Assembly: GCA_028711115.1 (NCBI GenBank)
Contig: JAQTSV010000001.1
Location: forward strand, 582,032-646,031
Reading direction: 5' to 3'
DNA from: Candidatus Omnitrophota bacterium
Lineage (GTDB): Bacteria; Omnitrophota; Gorgyraeia; Velamenicoccales; JABMQK01
DNA: 64,000 bases
Shown: in pieces, positions 34,736 through 44,120 of the stretch
How positions within the stretch are numbered: the first letter of the stretch is position 1
How the letters are laid out: every line of letters begins with the position of its first letter
Position numbers and translations under genes: made by a program
The notes under the pieces: generated by a model
The model's database searches: none
What the model saw: only the letters and a program-made list of their open reading frames with translations
Told to the model about the DNA's origin: nothing

Positions 34736-35854
34736 ATGAATAAAAAAAGAAACGGCGATTTAATTATCCTTACATTAAATTGCGGAAGCTCATCCGTAAA
34801 ATACAGCCTGTTTAAAGTCAAGGGCGCTGATGGCGACAAAGATTTTGCTTTGATTACCAACGGACAGATTGAATGCATAGGCCAGGAAGGCTCAAAGGTC
34901 AAGAATCATAAAGAGGCCATAAAAATAATTCTAGATACTCTGGGTTCCAAACATTACTCGTATAGGAATATTGATGCCGTGGGACATCGCGTTGTTCACG
35001 GCGGAGAATATTTTAGAAAACCCACGCTGATTAATAAAGATGTGCTCAGCAAGATAAAAAGCTGTGCTAAGCTTGCGCCTTTGCACAATCCGGCTAATTT
35101 GGCAGGAATTGAGGCCTGTCAGGTGTTGTTGCCGGGAATTTCTCAGGTAGCAGTTTTTGACACGGCATTTCATCAGACCATTCCTCCCCGTGCATATATG
35201 TATGCCATCCCTTACAGGTATTACAAAAAATATAATTTAAGAAAATTTGGCTTTCATGGAATGAGCCACCAGTATGTATCCAGGGAAGTGGCAAAGAGGT
35301 TGGGCAAGCCTGTCAGCCAATTGAAATTGATTACTTGTCATTTGGGCAATGGCTGTAGTATTTGTGCCGTAAAGAATGGCATCTCTGTGGATACGAGTAT
35401 GGGTTTTACTCCTTTGGCAGGATTGATGATGGGCACGCGTTCCGGCGACATAGATCCCGCAGCGGTTTTATACATAATGCAGAAAGAGAAACTGAGCCCC
35501 GAGCAGATGGAGGAGATACTGAATAAGCAGAGCGGGCTCAAAGGAGTCTCCGGCATAAGCAATGATATGCGGATTATAGAAAAAGCCGTCAAAAAAGGAA
35601 GTAAACGGGCGAAACTCGCCTTGAGTATTTTTACCTACAGCATCAGAAAATATATCGGGGCCTATATTGCTATAATGGGCGGCGTGGACGCAGTGGTTTT
35701 TACTGCCGGCATCGGAGAGCATATAGGTATGAAGAAGATGATATCTTACGGTATAACCAGCTTTCTCAAGAAATTAAATGTAAAGTTTTTAGTTGTGCAC
35801 ACAGACGAAGAGTTGATGATAACCCAGGAAGTATTCAAAACAATAAAGAAGTAA
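34736..35854 (+). CDS. ackA: Acetate kinase
   Basis: LTLNCGSSSVKYSLF, GHRVVHGG, PLHNPANL, FGFHGMSHQYV and TAGIGEH. Confidence 0.9.
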   Translation: MNKKRNGDLIILTLNCGSSSVKYSLFKVKGADGDKDFALITNGQIECIGQEGSKVKNHKEAIKIILDTLGSKHYSYRNIDAVGHRVVHGGEYFRKPTLINKDVLSKIKSCAKLAPLHNPANLAGIEACQVLLPGISQVAVFDTAFHQTIPPRAYMYAIPYRYYKKYNLRKFGFHGMSHQYVSREVAKRLGKPVSQLKLITCHLGNGCSICAVKNGISVDTSMGFTPLAGLMMGTRSGDIDPAAVLYIMQKEKLSPEQMEEILNKQSGLKGVSGISNDMRIIEKAVKKGSKRAKLALSIFTYSIRKYIGAYIAIMGGVDAVVFTAGIGEHIGMKKMISYGITSFLKKLNVKFLVVHTDEELMITQEVFKTIKK

Positions 35855-35873
35855 ATAAAATAAGGGAGATATA

Positions 35874-36239
35874 ATGTTGCATATTTTTTGTAAATCAAAG
35901 ATTTCCGGATTAAAAGTTACAAAGGCCGAGCTTTACTATGAAGGCAGTATTACTGTAGATGCCAAAATTTTGGATGCAGCCGGTATTTTGTCCGGTGAAA
36001 AAGTAGAAGTACTAAATGTAAATAATGGTGCAAGGATTGAAACATATCCCATAAGGGCAAAGAAGGGTTCCGGAATTGTGTGTTTAAATGGGCCGGCAGC
36101 TCGCTCCGGAAATGTAGGGGATAGATTAATTATTCTTTGTTATGGTTTGTTAGATGAAAAAGAAATCAAAAAAGCACGGATGAAAATTATCAAAGTCGAT
36201 GAAAGAAACCGAATTAAAAATACATACATACGGCGATAA
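35874..36239 (+). CDS. panD: Aspartate 1-decarboxylase proenzyme
   Basis: Self-processing site YYEGS-ITVD, LDAAGIL and NGPAAR. SD (AAGGGAG). Confidence 0.88.
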   Translation: MLHIFCKSKISGLKVTKAELYYEGSITVDAKILDAAGILSGEKVEVLNVNNGARIETYPIRAKKGSGIVCLNGPAARSGNVGDRLIILCYGLLDEKEIKKARMKIIKVDERNRIKNTYIRR

Positions 36240-36696
36240 AGTCCTCAGAAATAAGTCCCTTCCCGTGAAAAAGGTGGGCGAAGAGGAACGCAGGATTTTG
36301 GATAAGATGGTAGACATAATGTATACCCATGGAGGCATTGGTCTGGCTGCGCCGCAGGTGGGCATAAATAAGCAAATAATAATTATAAACGTAGGCAAGG
36401 GTTTATATAAATTGATTAATCCTAAAATCAGCGAGAAGAAAGGTTCGGCGGTTTTGGAAGAAGGTTGTTTGAGCCTTCCGGGTATTTCTGTAGAGGTAAA
36501 AAGGGCGAAGAGGATTTTCGTCGAAGCCATGGATGAGTTCAACAAAGATGTAGCTTTTTGGGCGGATGATTTATTTTCCCGGGCCATACAGCATGAGATA
36601 GACCATCTGGTAGGAAAACTTATTATTGATTACGCCAGCTTTATAAAAAGAATAAAGATCAGAAAGAATCTCAAGAAAAAATTAAATCATAAATGA
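36199..36696 (+). CDS. def: Peptide deformylase
   Basis: The three PDF motifs are present: GIGLAAPQVG, EGCLSLPG and HEIDHL. Overlaps the panD 3' end by 41 nt. Confidence 0.9.
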   Translation: MKETELKIHTYGDKVLRNKSLPVKKVGEEERRILDKMVDIMYTHGGIGLAAPQVGINKQIIIINVGKGLYKLINPKISEKKGSAVLEEGCLSLPGISVEVKRAKRIFVEAMDEFNKDVAFWADDLFSRAIQHEIDHLVGKLIIDYASFIKRIKIRKNLKKKLNHK

Positions 36697-36893
36697 AGAG
36701 TTGTCCCAATAAGGAAATTAATTTAAAGAATTGTAACTGTACTTATATAACTTGTTCTCGCAAGGGTGTCTGTTGTGAATGTATAACTTATCACAGAGAA
36801 AATAATCAGCTTCCCGCCTGTTATTTTTCTCCGTCTGCAGAGAAGACATACGACCGCTCAGTAGATAATTTTATCAGGACACATAATAAATAG
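36693..36893 (+). CDS. Small cysteine-rich cytoplasmic protein (66 aa, 9 Cys)
   Basis: ATGA overlap with def, and its stop abuts the lipA ATG. Pattern CPNKEINLKNCNCTYITCSRKGVCCECITYH...LPAC. Confidence 0.6.
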   Translation: MKSCPNKEINLKNCNCTYITCSRKGVCCECITYHRENNQLPACYFSPSAEKTYDRSVDNFIRTHNK

Positions 36894-37763
36894 ATGAAAA
36901 ACAGATTGCCGGTTTGGTTCAAACAGGAATTGCCTTCCAGGCAAGCCAGGGAATTCTCCGGGCTTCTTAGGGATAAATTCAGATTAAATACAGTTTGCCA
37001 CAGCGCAAAGTGCCCGAATGCCACATGGTGCTTTTCCCAAAGACATGCAACATTTTTGATAATGGGCAATCGCTGTACGCGAAATTGCCGTTTTTGTAAT
37101 ATCGAACAGGAAAAAAATCTGTTACCTTCTTTAGATAAAGATGAGCCGCAGAGAATAGCCCAAGCGGTTAAATTTTTAAATTTACAATACGTGGTTGTTA
37201 CTTCTGTGACGCGCGATGATTTAGCCGACGGAGGGTCCGGGCATTTTGCCAAAACCATACAGGCGATTAAAACATTGAATCCGGATATTTCTGTTGAGGT
37301 TTTGATTCCGGATTTTCAGGGTTCAAATAGCGCATTAGAAATAATTATTAAGCAAAGGCCGGATGTCATCGCCCATAACTTGGAGACGGTAAAAAGAATT
37401 TTTCCCTTGGTTCGTCATCAGGCAGATTATAAGCGTTCCTTAGATGTGTTAGAGAATATAAAGCTGATAAATTCCAGCCAAATAACCAAATCCTCGATTA
37501 TGCTGGGTTTGGGTGAGCTGGATATGGATTTAGAGGAGTCTTTGGCGGATTTACGTCTTGTGAAATGTGATAAATTGGTATTAGGTCAGTATCTGCGTCC
37601 TTCTCCGGAACAATATCCGGTGGAAAAGTTTTATTCTCCCGAAGAATTCAAATATTGGGAAAAGTTTGCTTATGGTCTAGGTTTTAAAAGTGTCTGCGCT
37701 TTTCCTTTGGCAAGGACTTCTTATTTGGCAAATAAAAATTTAGCCGAAAAAGTTTTGGCATAA
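36894..37763 (+). CDS. lipA: Lipoyl synthase
   Basis: Auxiliary cluster motif CHSAKCPNATWC (C-x4-C-x5-C), radical-SAM motif CTRNCRFC, and VVVTSVTRDDL. Confidence 0.92.
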   Translation: MKNRLPVWFKQELPSRQAREFSGLLRDKFRLNTVCHSAKCPNATWCFSQRHATFLIMGNRCTRNCRFCNIEQEKNLLPSLDKDEPQRIAQAVKFLNLQYVVVTSVTRDDLADGGSGHFAKTIQAIKTLNPDISVEVLIPDFQGSNSALEIIIKQRPDVIAHNLETVKRIFPLVRHQADYKRSLDVLENIKLINSSQITKSSIMLGLGELDMDLEESLADLRLVKCDKLVLGQYLRPSPEQYPVEKFYSPEEFKYWEKFAYGLGFKSVCAFPLARTSYLANKNLAEKVLA

Positions 37764-37774
37764 TTAATAATTAG

Positions 37775-38716
37775 ATGAAGATATATGATGTGATTATAAT
37801 CGGAGCCGGTCCTGCAGGATTAACTGCGGCAATTTATTGCGGAAGAGCAAAGTTGAGCACCAAGTTAATAGAACAATCTCAGCCCGGCGGGCAGGTCAAT
37901 CTTACCGAGGAGGTTGAAAACTTCCCCGGCGTGTTTAAGACAAGCTCAAAGAATCTGATAGACATAATTTTGAAACAGGTGAATGACTTGGATAAAGTGG
38001 AGATGGAAGAATTTAAGGAAGTCAGCGATATCAAATACGATAATAATAATTTTGAAGTACGCGGACAATCTCTGGATGGAAAAGATTTTAGTTCTAAGTC
38101 CAAGGCATTGATAATAGCCTCCGGAGCTCAGCCCAAGAAGTTAGGTTTAAAAGGAGAAGAAGATTTTACAGGCAAAGGCGTTTCTTACTGCGCGGTATGC
38201 GACGCGCCATTTTTCAAAGATAAAGATGTTGTATTAATAGGCGGTGGAGACACAGCTATAGATGAAGCTCTTTACTTGGCTAAGTTTGCGCGCAAGGTTA
38301 AGGTAATCCACCGTCGGGACGCTCTGCGCGCCAGCGGAATTCTGCAGGAAAGGATAAAGAGTAATCCCCAGATAGAATTAATCCTGGATTCGGTGGCAGT
38401 CGAAATATTGGGTAAGAAGACAGTAGAGAAAATACGCGTGAGAAATGTGAAAACAAACAAAGAAACGGAAGTTGATTGCAACGGCGTATTTATTTTTGTA
38501 GGGTACAGCCCCAACACTAAATTTTTAGAAGGATTACTGGAATTAAATGAGGAAAAGTATATAATAACCAATGAGGAGATGGCCACAGCTAAAAAAGGTA
38601 TTTTTGCTTGCGGTGATTGCAGGAAGAGGCCATTCAGACAAATCGTCACCGCCTGCGCAGAAGGGGCGATAGCTGCTCATTCCGCAGAACAATATTTATC
38701 TCAAAACAATGTTTGA
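37775..38716 (+). CDS. trxB: Thioredoxin-disulfide reductase
   Basis: FAD motif IIGAGPAGLTAA, redox-active CAVCDA and NADPH motif GGGDTA. Confidence 0.92.
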   Translation: MKIYDVIIIGAGPAGLTAAIYCGRAKLSTKLIEQSQPGGQVNLTEEVENFPGVFKTSSKNLIDIILKQVNDLDKVEMEEFKEVSDIKYDNNNFEVRGQSLDGKDFSSKSKALIIASGAQPKKLGLKGEEDFTGKGVSYCAVCDAPFFKDKDVVLIGGGDTAIDEALYLAKFARKVKVIHRRDALRASGILQERIKSNPQIELILDSVAVEILGKKTVEKIRVRNVKTNKETEVDCNGVFIFVGYSPNTKFLEGLLELNEEKYIITNEEMATAKKGIFACGDCRKRPFRQIVTACAEGAIAAHSAEQYLSQNNV

Positions 38717-40490
38717 TACGATTAAACACAAAAAATTAAAGAAGTGGGTTAAAGACATGGCTAGTCTTTGCCAGCCGGATGAGATTGTCTGGATTGATGG
38801 TTCGCCAGAGCAGAAAAAGAAATTAGAAAACGAAGCCTGTTCAAAAGGTGAGATAATCCGTCTGAATAAAAAGAAACTGCCCGGTTGTTTTTATCACAGG
38901 ACAGCCATAAATGACGTTGCCCGCACCGAACATCTGACTTTTATCTGTACCAAAAGAAAATCAGAAGTCGGCCCTACCAATAACTGGATGTTTACATCCA
39001 CGGCCTATAAAAGAGCCAAAGAGATATTCAAAGGTTGTATGCAGGGCCGCAAGATGTATGTTATTCCGTTTTCAATGGGGCCGTTGGGTTCGCCTTTCAG
39101 CAAAATCGGAGTAGAATTGTCGGATAGTATTTATGTAGTTTTAAATATGCTCATCATGACGCACGTGAGCAAAAAAGTTCTGGAGGTATTGGCCAGCGAC
39201 GGCGAATTTACTAAGTGTCTGCACAGCAAGGCGGATTTGGATATTACGCGGCGGCTGATTCTCCATTTTCCCGAGCACAATACGATTTGGAGCGTGGGCT
39301 CGGGCTACGGCGGAAATGTTCTGCTGGGAAAAAAATGCCTGTCTTTACGTATAGCAAGTTATCTGGCCAGAAAAGAAGGCTGGCTGGCTGAACATATGCT
39401 GATTATGGGGATAGAAGATGCAAACGGGCACGTTCAATATATAACCGGTGCTTTTCCCAGCGCCTGCGGAAAGACGAATTTAGCCATGCTCGTTCCTCCC
39501 AAGAGTTTTATGAAGAAAAATTATCGTATCTGGACAGTAGGCGATGATATTTCGTGGATGCGCATTGATTCCGACGGCAGCCTGTGGGCAATCAATCCGG
39601 AGACGGGTTTTTTTGGTGTTGCCCCCGGCACAAATTCCCGTTCCAATCCCAACGCGGTAGAGACAATCAAAAAGAATACAATATTTACGAATGTTCTTTT
39701 GAAGCCGGATAAAACGGTTTGGTGGGAAGATGCAGATGGCCCGGTGCCTAAAAAAGGAATTGACTGGATGGGCCGACCCTGGAAACCGGGAATGTTAGAT
39801 GATAAAGGTAAAGTTGTAAAAGGGGCTCATCCCAATAGCCGCTTTACCGCTCCTATTTCACAGTGTCCTTCGGCTTCTTTCCGCTTGGAACACCACCACG
39901 GAGTGCCGGTTTCTGCAATTCTGTTAGGCGGACGGCGAGAACATCTTGCCCCTTTGGTTTATGAGTCATTTAATTGGCAGCACGGCGTCTATATTAGCGC
40001 GACCATGGCTTCTGAACGCACCTCTGCCCAATTCGGAAAATTAGGAGAAGTCCGTTTTGATCCTATGGCAATGTTGCCTTTCTGCGGTTATAATATGGCA
40101 GATTATTTCAGGCATTGGTTAAAAATGGGTAAACGTATGGTAAAGCAGCCCAGAATATTCTGTGTAAATTGGTTCAGGGTTGATGAAAATGGCAAATTCC
40201 TATGGCCGGGTTTTGGCGAGAATCTACGCGTAATAGAGTGGATATTGAAACGTTGTAATAATGAAGTAGGTGCCGTTAAAACACCCATAGGTTATATCCC
40301 CAAGTTAGAAGATTTGAATACCGACAGCCTGGATTTATCCAAGGATACATTAAAGAAGCTTTTTTTGATTGACAAGAGTGAGTGGAGGGAGGAATTGGAA
40401 AGGCAGCGCATATTTCTAGCAACTTTCAAGAATTCTCTTCCCGAAGAGATCTGGAAAGAGTATCGAGCGTTAAAGAAACGTCTGGATTAA
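38709..40490 (+). CDS. pckG: Phosphoenolpyruvate carboxykinase (GTP)
   Basis: Kinase-1a motif FPSACGKTN, plus WMRID and HPNSRFTAP, typical of GTP-dependent PEPCK. 8-nt overlap with trxB. Confidence 0.92.
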   Translation: MFDTIKHKKLKKWVKDMASLCQPDEIVWIDGSPEQKKKLENEACSKGEIIRLNKKKLPGCFYHRTAINDVARTEHLTFICTKRKSEVGPTNNWMFTSTAYKRAKEIFKGCMQGRKMYVIPFSMGPLGSPFSKIGVELSDSIYVVLNMLIMTHVSKKVLEVLASDGEFTKCLHSKADLDITRRLILHFPEHNTIWSVGSGYGGNVLLGKKCLSLRIASYLARKEGWLAEHMLIMGIEDANGHVQYITGAFPSACGKTNLAMLVPPKSFMKKNYRIWTVGDDISWMRIDSDGSLWAINPETGFFGVAPGTNSRSNPNAVETIKKNTIFTNVLLKPDKTVWWEDADGPVPKKGIDWMGRPWKPGMLDDKGKVVKGAHPNSRFTAPISQCPSASFRLEHHHGVPVSAILLGGRREHLAPLVYESFNWQHGVYISATMASERTSAQFGKLGEVRFDPMAMLPFCGYNMADYFRHWLKMGKRMVKQPRIFCVNWFRVDENGKFLWPGFGENLRVIEWILKRCNNEVGAVKTPIGYIPKLEDLNTDSLDLSKDTLKKLFLIDKSEWREELERQRIFLATFKNSLPEEIWKEYRALKKRLD

Positions 40491-40503
40491 CCGAGAGAAA
40501 AAT

Positions 40504-41448
40504 TTGAAAAGCTTTCTTAGTTTTATTCTTAAAATCAGCATCTCTATAGCGTTGCTGATTTTTTTATTTAATCGTATAGATATAAGACACACTGTTTTTT
40601 ATATACGCGCTGTAGAACCGCTGTATTTTATATGCGCGGTTTTATTATTTTTATTTGTGATTTACTTGGGGATAGCGAGATGGGAGATATTGCTGAAGGC
40701 TTTAAAACACGATCTGACATTCGGCAGGATTTTTATCTCTTATTGCGGCGGATTATTTTTCAATGTGTTTCTGCCTTCCAGCATAGGCGGAGATATTGTG
40801 AGGACTACGGATTTGGCCTTACATACCAAAGACAGCTCTTCGATATTTGCCACCGTGTTTTTGGACAGAGTCTTGGGTTTTGTGGGCTTGGTGTTGGTTG
40901 CTATTTCTGGTTTCCTAATCGGTCATATTTGCGGGTTGGATTATGACTTCAGATTATCTTTATTTATAATAATTTTTACGGCAATACTAATTTGTATTTT
41001 TGCCATACTTTTCAGCAAAAGGATATTTAATCTGGTTAATAAATTATTGATATTCAAGACACTCAAGAATTACTTGGCTAAGTTTCATGATTGTTGCCAT
41101 TCTTTCCGTTTTCAGAAGACAATACTAGTAAAAACAATTTTTTTATCGGTGATATTGCAGGCTAGCTACGCAGCGGTATTTTATCTTGTGGGTTTATCCT
41201 TAGGGATAAAATTAAATATCATTCATTATTTGATTTTTGTTCCCATCATAGGTTCGGTGACGATTCTGCCTATTTCTATCGGCGGGCTGGGATTACGTGA
41301 TAACGCAGCTGTGGTTTTGTTTTCTACATTAGGAGTGGCCGCGGACAGAGTAGTCGCCATGACATTGATTAATTTCGCCTTTTTATTCTTTATAGGCGTC
41401 CTGGGAGGCATTATTTATGCCATTGCATTATATAGTCGACGGCTATAA
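40504..41448 (+). CDS. Flippase-like membrane protein (lysylphosphatidylglycerol-synthase TM-region / UPF0104 family)
   Basis: TTG start. Eight TM helices. Motif FLPSSIGGDIVR, with a repeat ILPISIGGLGLRD. Confidence 0.7.
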   Translation: MKSFLSFILKISISIALLIFLFNRIDIRHTVFYIRAVEPLYFICAVLLFLFVIYLGIARWEILLKALKHDLTFGRIFISYCGGLFFNVFLPSSIGGDIVRTTDLALHTKDSSSIFATVFLDRVLGFVGLVLVAISGFLIGHICGLDYDFRLSLFIIIFTAILICIFAILFSKRIFNLVNKLLIFKTLKNYLAKFHDCCHSFRFQKTILVKTIFLSVILQASYAAVFYLVGLSLGIKLNIIHYLIFVPIIGSVTILPISIGGLGLRDNAAVVLFSTLGVAADRVVAMTLINFAFLFFIGVLGGIIYAIALYSRRL

Positions 41449-41896
41449 TGTAATTAAAAGAACAGGTTTCTTAAATCATAAGAAATTACGGGACGCCAGG
41501 AATGCCTTATTGGGCTTTATCGATAAGTATCGCCCCCACGGCAGTTACAAAAATAAGATTACGGTAGTTTTTGACGGCAGAGACGATGTTTTTGGCTTCC
41601 GCAACAACCACGATTTTGGTGTAATCTTTTCTAAGAATGAGTCAGCGGATAACCTCATAAAATCCTTAGTAGACAAGACCTCCAACCCCAGAAATATAAT
41701 AGTAGTCAGTGACGACAAAGAAATTATATTTCATTGTCGTTCTCAAGGGGCGGAGATTTTAACCACAGATGATTTTGTAAGAAAGGCATATAAAAAAACA
41801 GATACCGCCAAAACAAATAATACGGAATTCTCCGAATTGTCTTTTGCGGAACGCAAAAAGATAAACGATGAATTGAGTCAAATATGGTTAAAGTAA
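41417..41896 (+). CDS. NYN-domain ribonuclease, YacP/Rae1-like
   Basis: N-terminus HYIVDGYNVI, then VVFDG and VVSDD acidic motifs. 32-nt overlap with the upstream gene. Confidence 0.75.
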   Translation: MPLHYIVDGYNVIKRTGFLNHKKLRDARNALLGFIDKYRPHGSYKNKITVVFDGRDDVFGFRNNHDFGVIFSKNESADNLIKSLVDKTSNPRNIIVVSDDKEIIFHCRSQGAEILTTDDFVRKAYKKTDTAKTNNTEFSELSFAERKKINDELSQIWLK

Positions 41897-42486
41897 ATTC
41901 AAAACCCATTGCCAAAGGCCCCAGATATATTGTGAGTGCGTGCCTGGTGGGGAAAAATTGTGTTTATGACGGCTCGTCTAAATATTATAATCCCAGGGTA
42001 AAAGAATTATTAGATAGCGGCATGGCTGTTGCATTGTGTCCTGAAGAATTGGGCGGATTAAAGGTACCACGGCCGCCGGTAGAAATATTTGCCGGCAGCG
42101 GAGAGGATGTATTGGCAGGCAGGGCTTATGTATTTAATAAAGAAGGCAAAGATGTCACCATTAACATTATTAAAGGAGCGAAGGAATTTCTAAATATTGC
42201 CGATGAATACGCAATCAGGGAAGCTATACTTAAGGCAAGGAGCCCGAGTTGCGGCTGCGGCAGGATTTACGATGGCACTTTTACAAACAAGTTAAAGAAC
42301 GGCAATGGCGTTACCGCGGCGTTATTATTAAGAAATAATATCAGAGTCATAACCGATGAAGAGTTTCTCCGCGGTAGAGTTTCATCTTCTTCCAAAAAGA
42401 ACAGCAAGAAAGTCACGCGTTCCAGAACCGTAAAGAACGCAAAGAATAATAAATATGGCAAAAGACAAAAAAGTAAAACAAGATAA
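41884..42486 (+). CDS. DUF523-family protein (TudS-like thio-nucleobase desulfidase fold) with a poly-basic tail
   Basis: VSACLVGKNCVYDG, CPEELGGL and ARSPSCGCG. The last ~45 aa are Ser/Lys/Arg-rich. Confidence 0.7.
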   Translation: MVKVNSKPIAKGPRYIVSACLVGKNCVYDGSSKYYNPRVKELLDSGMAVALCPEELGGLKVPRPPVEIFAGSGEDVLAGRAYVFNKEGKDVTINIIKGAKEFLNIADEYAIREAILKARSPSCGCGRIYDGTFTNKLKNGNGVTAALLLRNNIRVITDEEFLRGRVSSSSKKNSKKVTRSRTVKNAKNNKYGKRQKSKTR

Positions 42487-43237
42487 TTTTATAAAATTTT
42501 TGGGCACAGCCGGCGCGCGTTTTGTGATGATAAAACAACTGCGTGCCTCCGGCGGTATCTGGATAAAGGTAAAAAATACCAATGTGATGATTGATCCGGG
42601 CCCGGGAAGCATTGTGCGCTGTGCAAGCTCTAAACCAAAACTGGATCCTTCCCAATTAGACGCCATCATCTTGACACACCGCCACCTGGATCATTCCAAT
42701 GATGTCAATGTGATGATTGAGGCAATGACAGAAGGAGGATTCAAGAAGAAGGGCTGTTTATTTCTGCCCAAGGATGCATTGGGAGAGGATTCGGTAGTTT
42801 TAAAACATACTCTCAATTTTGTAGGCTCTGTGGAATTTCTAAAAGAGAAGACAGATTACAGCGTGGGCGAGTTTAGTTTCACGACGGGGCCGAGGAATTT
42901 ACATCCCGTTGAGACTTATGGTTTGAAGTTTGCCATAAATAAAAAGACCATATCTTTAATCGGCGATACGGCATTTTATCCCGGGATTTTGGATTTTTAT
43001 AAAAGTGACATACTCATAATAAATACGGTTTTTTATGAACCACGCCCGGCTGTCCAGCATTTAAGTTTTGAGGAAACCAGGAATATAATAGAAAAGTTAC
43101 GGCCGAAAACCACGATACTCACGCACTTTGGCATGACTATGTTAAAAGCAAAGCCGCATATCCTTGTGGAAAACCTAAAACAGGAATTGAATCTGGATAT
43201 CATTGCTGCCTATGATGGAATGTCGCTAACTCTTTGA
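42455..43237 (+). CDS. MBL-fold metallo-hydrolase
   Basis: Metal motif THRHLDHSND, with downstream GDT and THF elements. Overlaps the upstream gene by 32 nt. Confidence 0.75.
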   Translation: MAKDKKVKQDNFIKFLGTAGARFVMIKQLRASGGIWIKVKNTNVMIDPGPGSIVRCASSKPKLDPSQLDAIILTHRHLDHSNDVNVMIEAMTEGGFKKKGCLFLPKDALGEDSVVLKHTLNFVGSVEFLKEKTDYSVGEFSFTTGPRNLHPVETYGLKFAINKKTISLIGDTAFYPGILDFYKSDILIINTVFYEPRPAVQHLSFEETRNIIEKLRPKTTILTHFGMTMLKAKPHILVENLKQELNLDIIAAYDGMSLTL

Positions 43238-43280
43238 TATTTATATACCTATAGGAAAAGCAATTATTATGTATATATGC

Positions 43281-43309
43281 TTGACACGGGTAATAAATTG
43301 TGATAAATT
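43281..43309 (+). promoter_or_regulatory. Sigma70-like promoter with extended -10 (TTGACA - 17 nt - TGaTAAATT)
   Basis: TTGACA at 43281-43286, TG at 43301-43302 and TAAATT at 43304-43309. Confidence 0.45.
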
Positions 43310-43336
43310 AGAAATAATATAAAAAGGAGGTGCAGG

Positions 43337-44020
43337 ATGTTGCAGATCTTTCTAAGTCAGTCTGCAGAAGCCGCAAAGGCAGCTTTCGTCAAGCTGGCTA
43401 GTATGCTCTCTGGGTTAATAGGGCTACTGCTTATAATTATCATTGGTTGGCTTGTGGCGAAAGTAATAAAGGATGTGATAATCAAAGTGCTGAAAGCAGT
43501 TAAGTTAGACTCGGTGGCAGACTCTACCGGGATAAATGACATTCTGGAAAAAGGTGGATCCAAACTTACACTCTCCGAGGTGGTAGGCGTTTTGTTTTAT
43601 TGGCTGTGTTTACTTGTTACAGCTGCAGTAGCAGTTGATTTTTTAGGCCTAGATGTTATTGGCACGCTATTAAATAACGTAATTCTCTATATCCCCAACG
43701 TAATACTTAGTATGTTTATTCTTGTGCTTGGTATATTTATGTCTACATTCTTGGGGGCTATGGTTCAGACAGCAGCTGCTAATGCGGGCTTATTAAGGGC
43801 AAAATTACTAGCAAAGATAGTCGAGGTTATTATAATAGTATTTGCTGTTGTAATTGCATTAGAACAGTTGAAGATAGGTGCCGAGGTTATCGGTCTTGTG
43901 ATAAATGCAATAATTATTAGTATAGCTGCTGCGGTAGCTATAGCTTTTGGTTTGGGTTGCAAGGAGATGGCAGCGAGAGCACTATCAGATTGGTTAGATA
44001 AGTTAAAAGAGAAGAAATAA
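43337..44020 (+). CDS. Membrane protein with conserved-TM-helix repeats (MscS-N-terminal-like), function unknown
   Basis: SD (AAAGGAGG). Repeated long hydrophobic helices, each followed by amphipathic segments. Confidence 0.6.
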   Translation: MLQIFLSQSAEAAKAAFVKLASMLSGLIGLLLIIIIGWLVAKVIKDVIIKVLKAVKLDSVADSTGINDILEKGGSKLTLSEVVGVLFYWLCLLVTAAVAVDFLGLDVIGTLLNNVILYIPNVILSMFILVLGIFMSTFLGAMVQTAAANAGLLRAKLLAKIVEVIIIVFAVVIALEQLKIGAEVIGLVINAIIISIAAAVAIAFGLGCKEMAARALSDWLDKLKEKK

Positions 44021-44045
44021 GCACTTTGCAAGTTAACAGAAATAC

Positions 44046-44084
44046 AAAGAGAGCCAACATAGATAAGTTGGCTCTCTTTATTTT
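44046..44084 (+). terminator. Rho-independent terminator
   Basis: Perfect 13-bp stem (AAAGAGAGCCAAC / GTTGGCTCTCTTT), 8-nt loop and a T-rich tail. Confidence 0.75.
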
Positions 44085-44120
44085 AAACCGAGATAGATTG
44101 TAAAGATAATATCAGAAAAT

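Noticed and set aside
35874-36696. The 41-nt overlap between panD and def as a possible frameshift or fusion.
   Set aside because: Both proteins are complete, with all catalytic motifs in their own frames. The overlap only involves the poorly conserved basic C-terminal tail of PanD.
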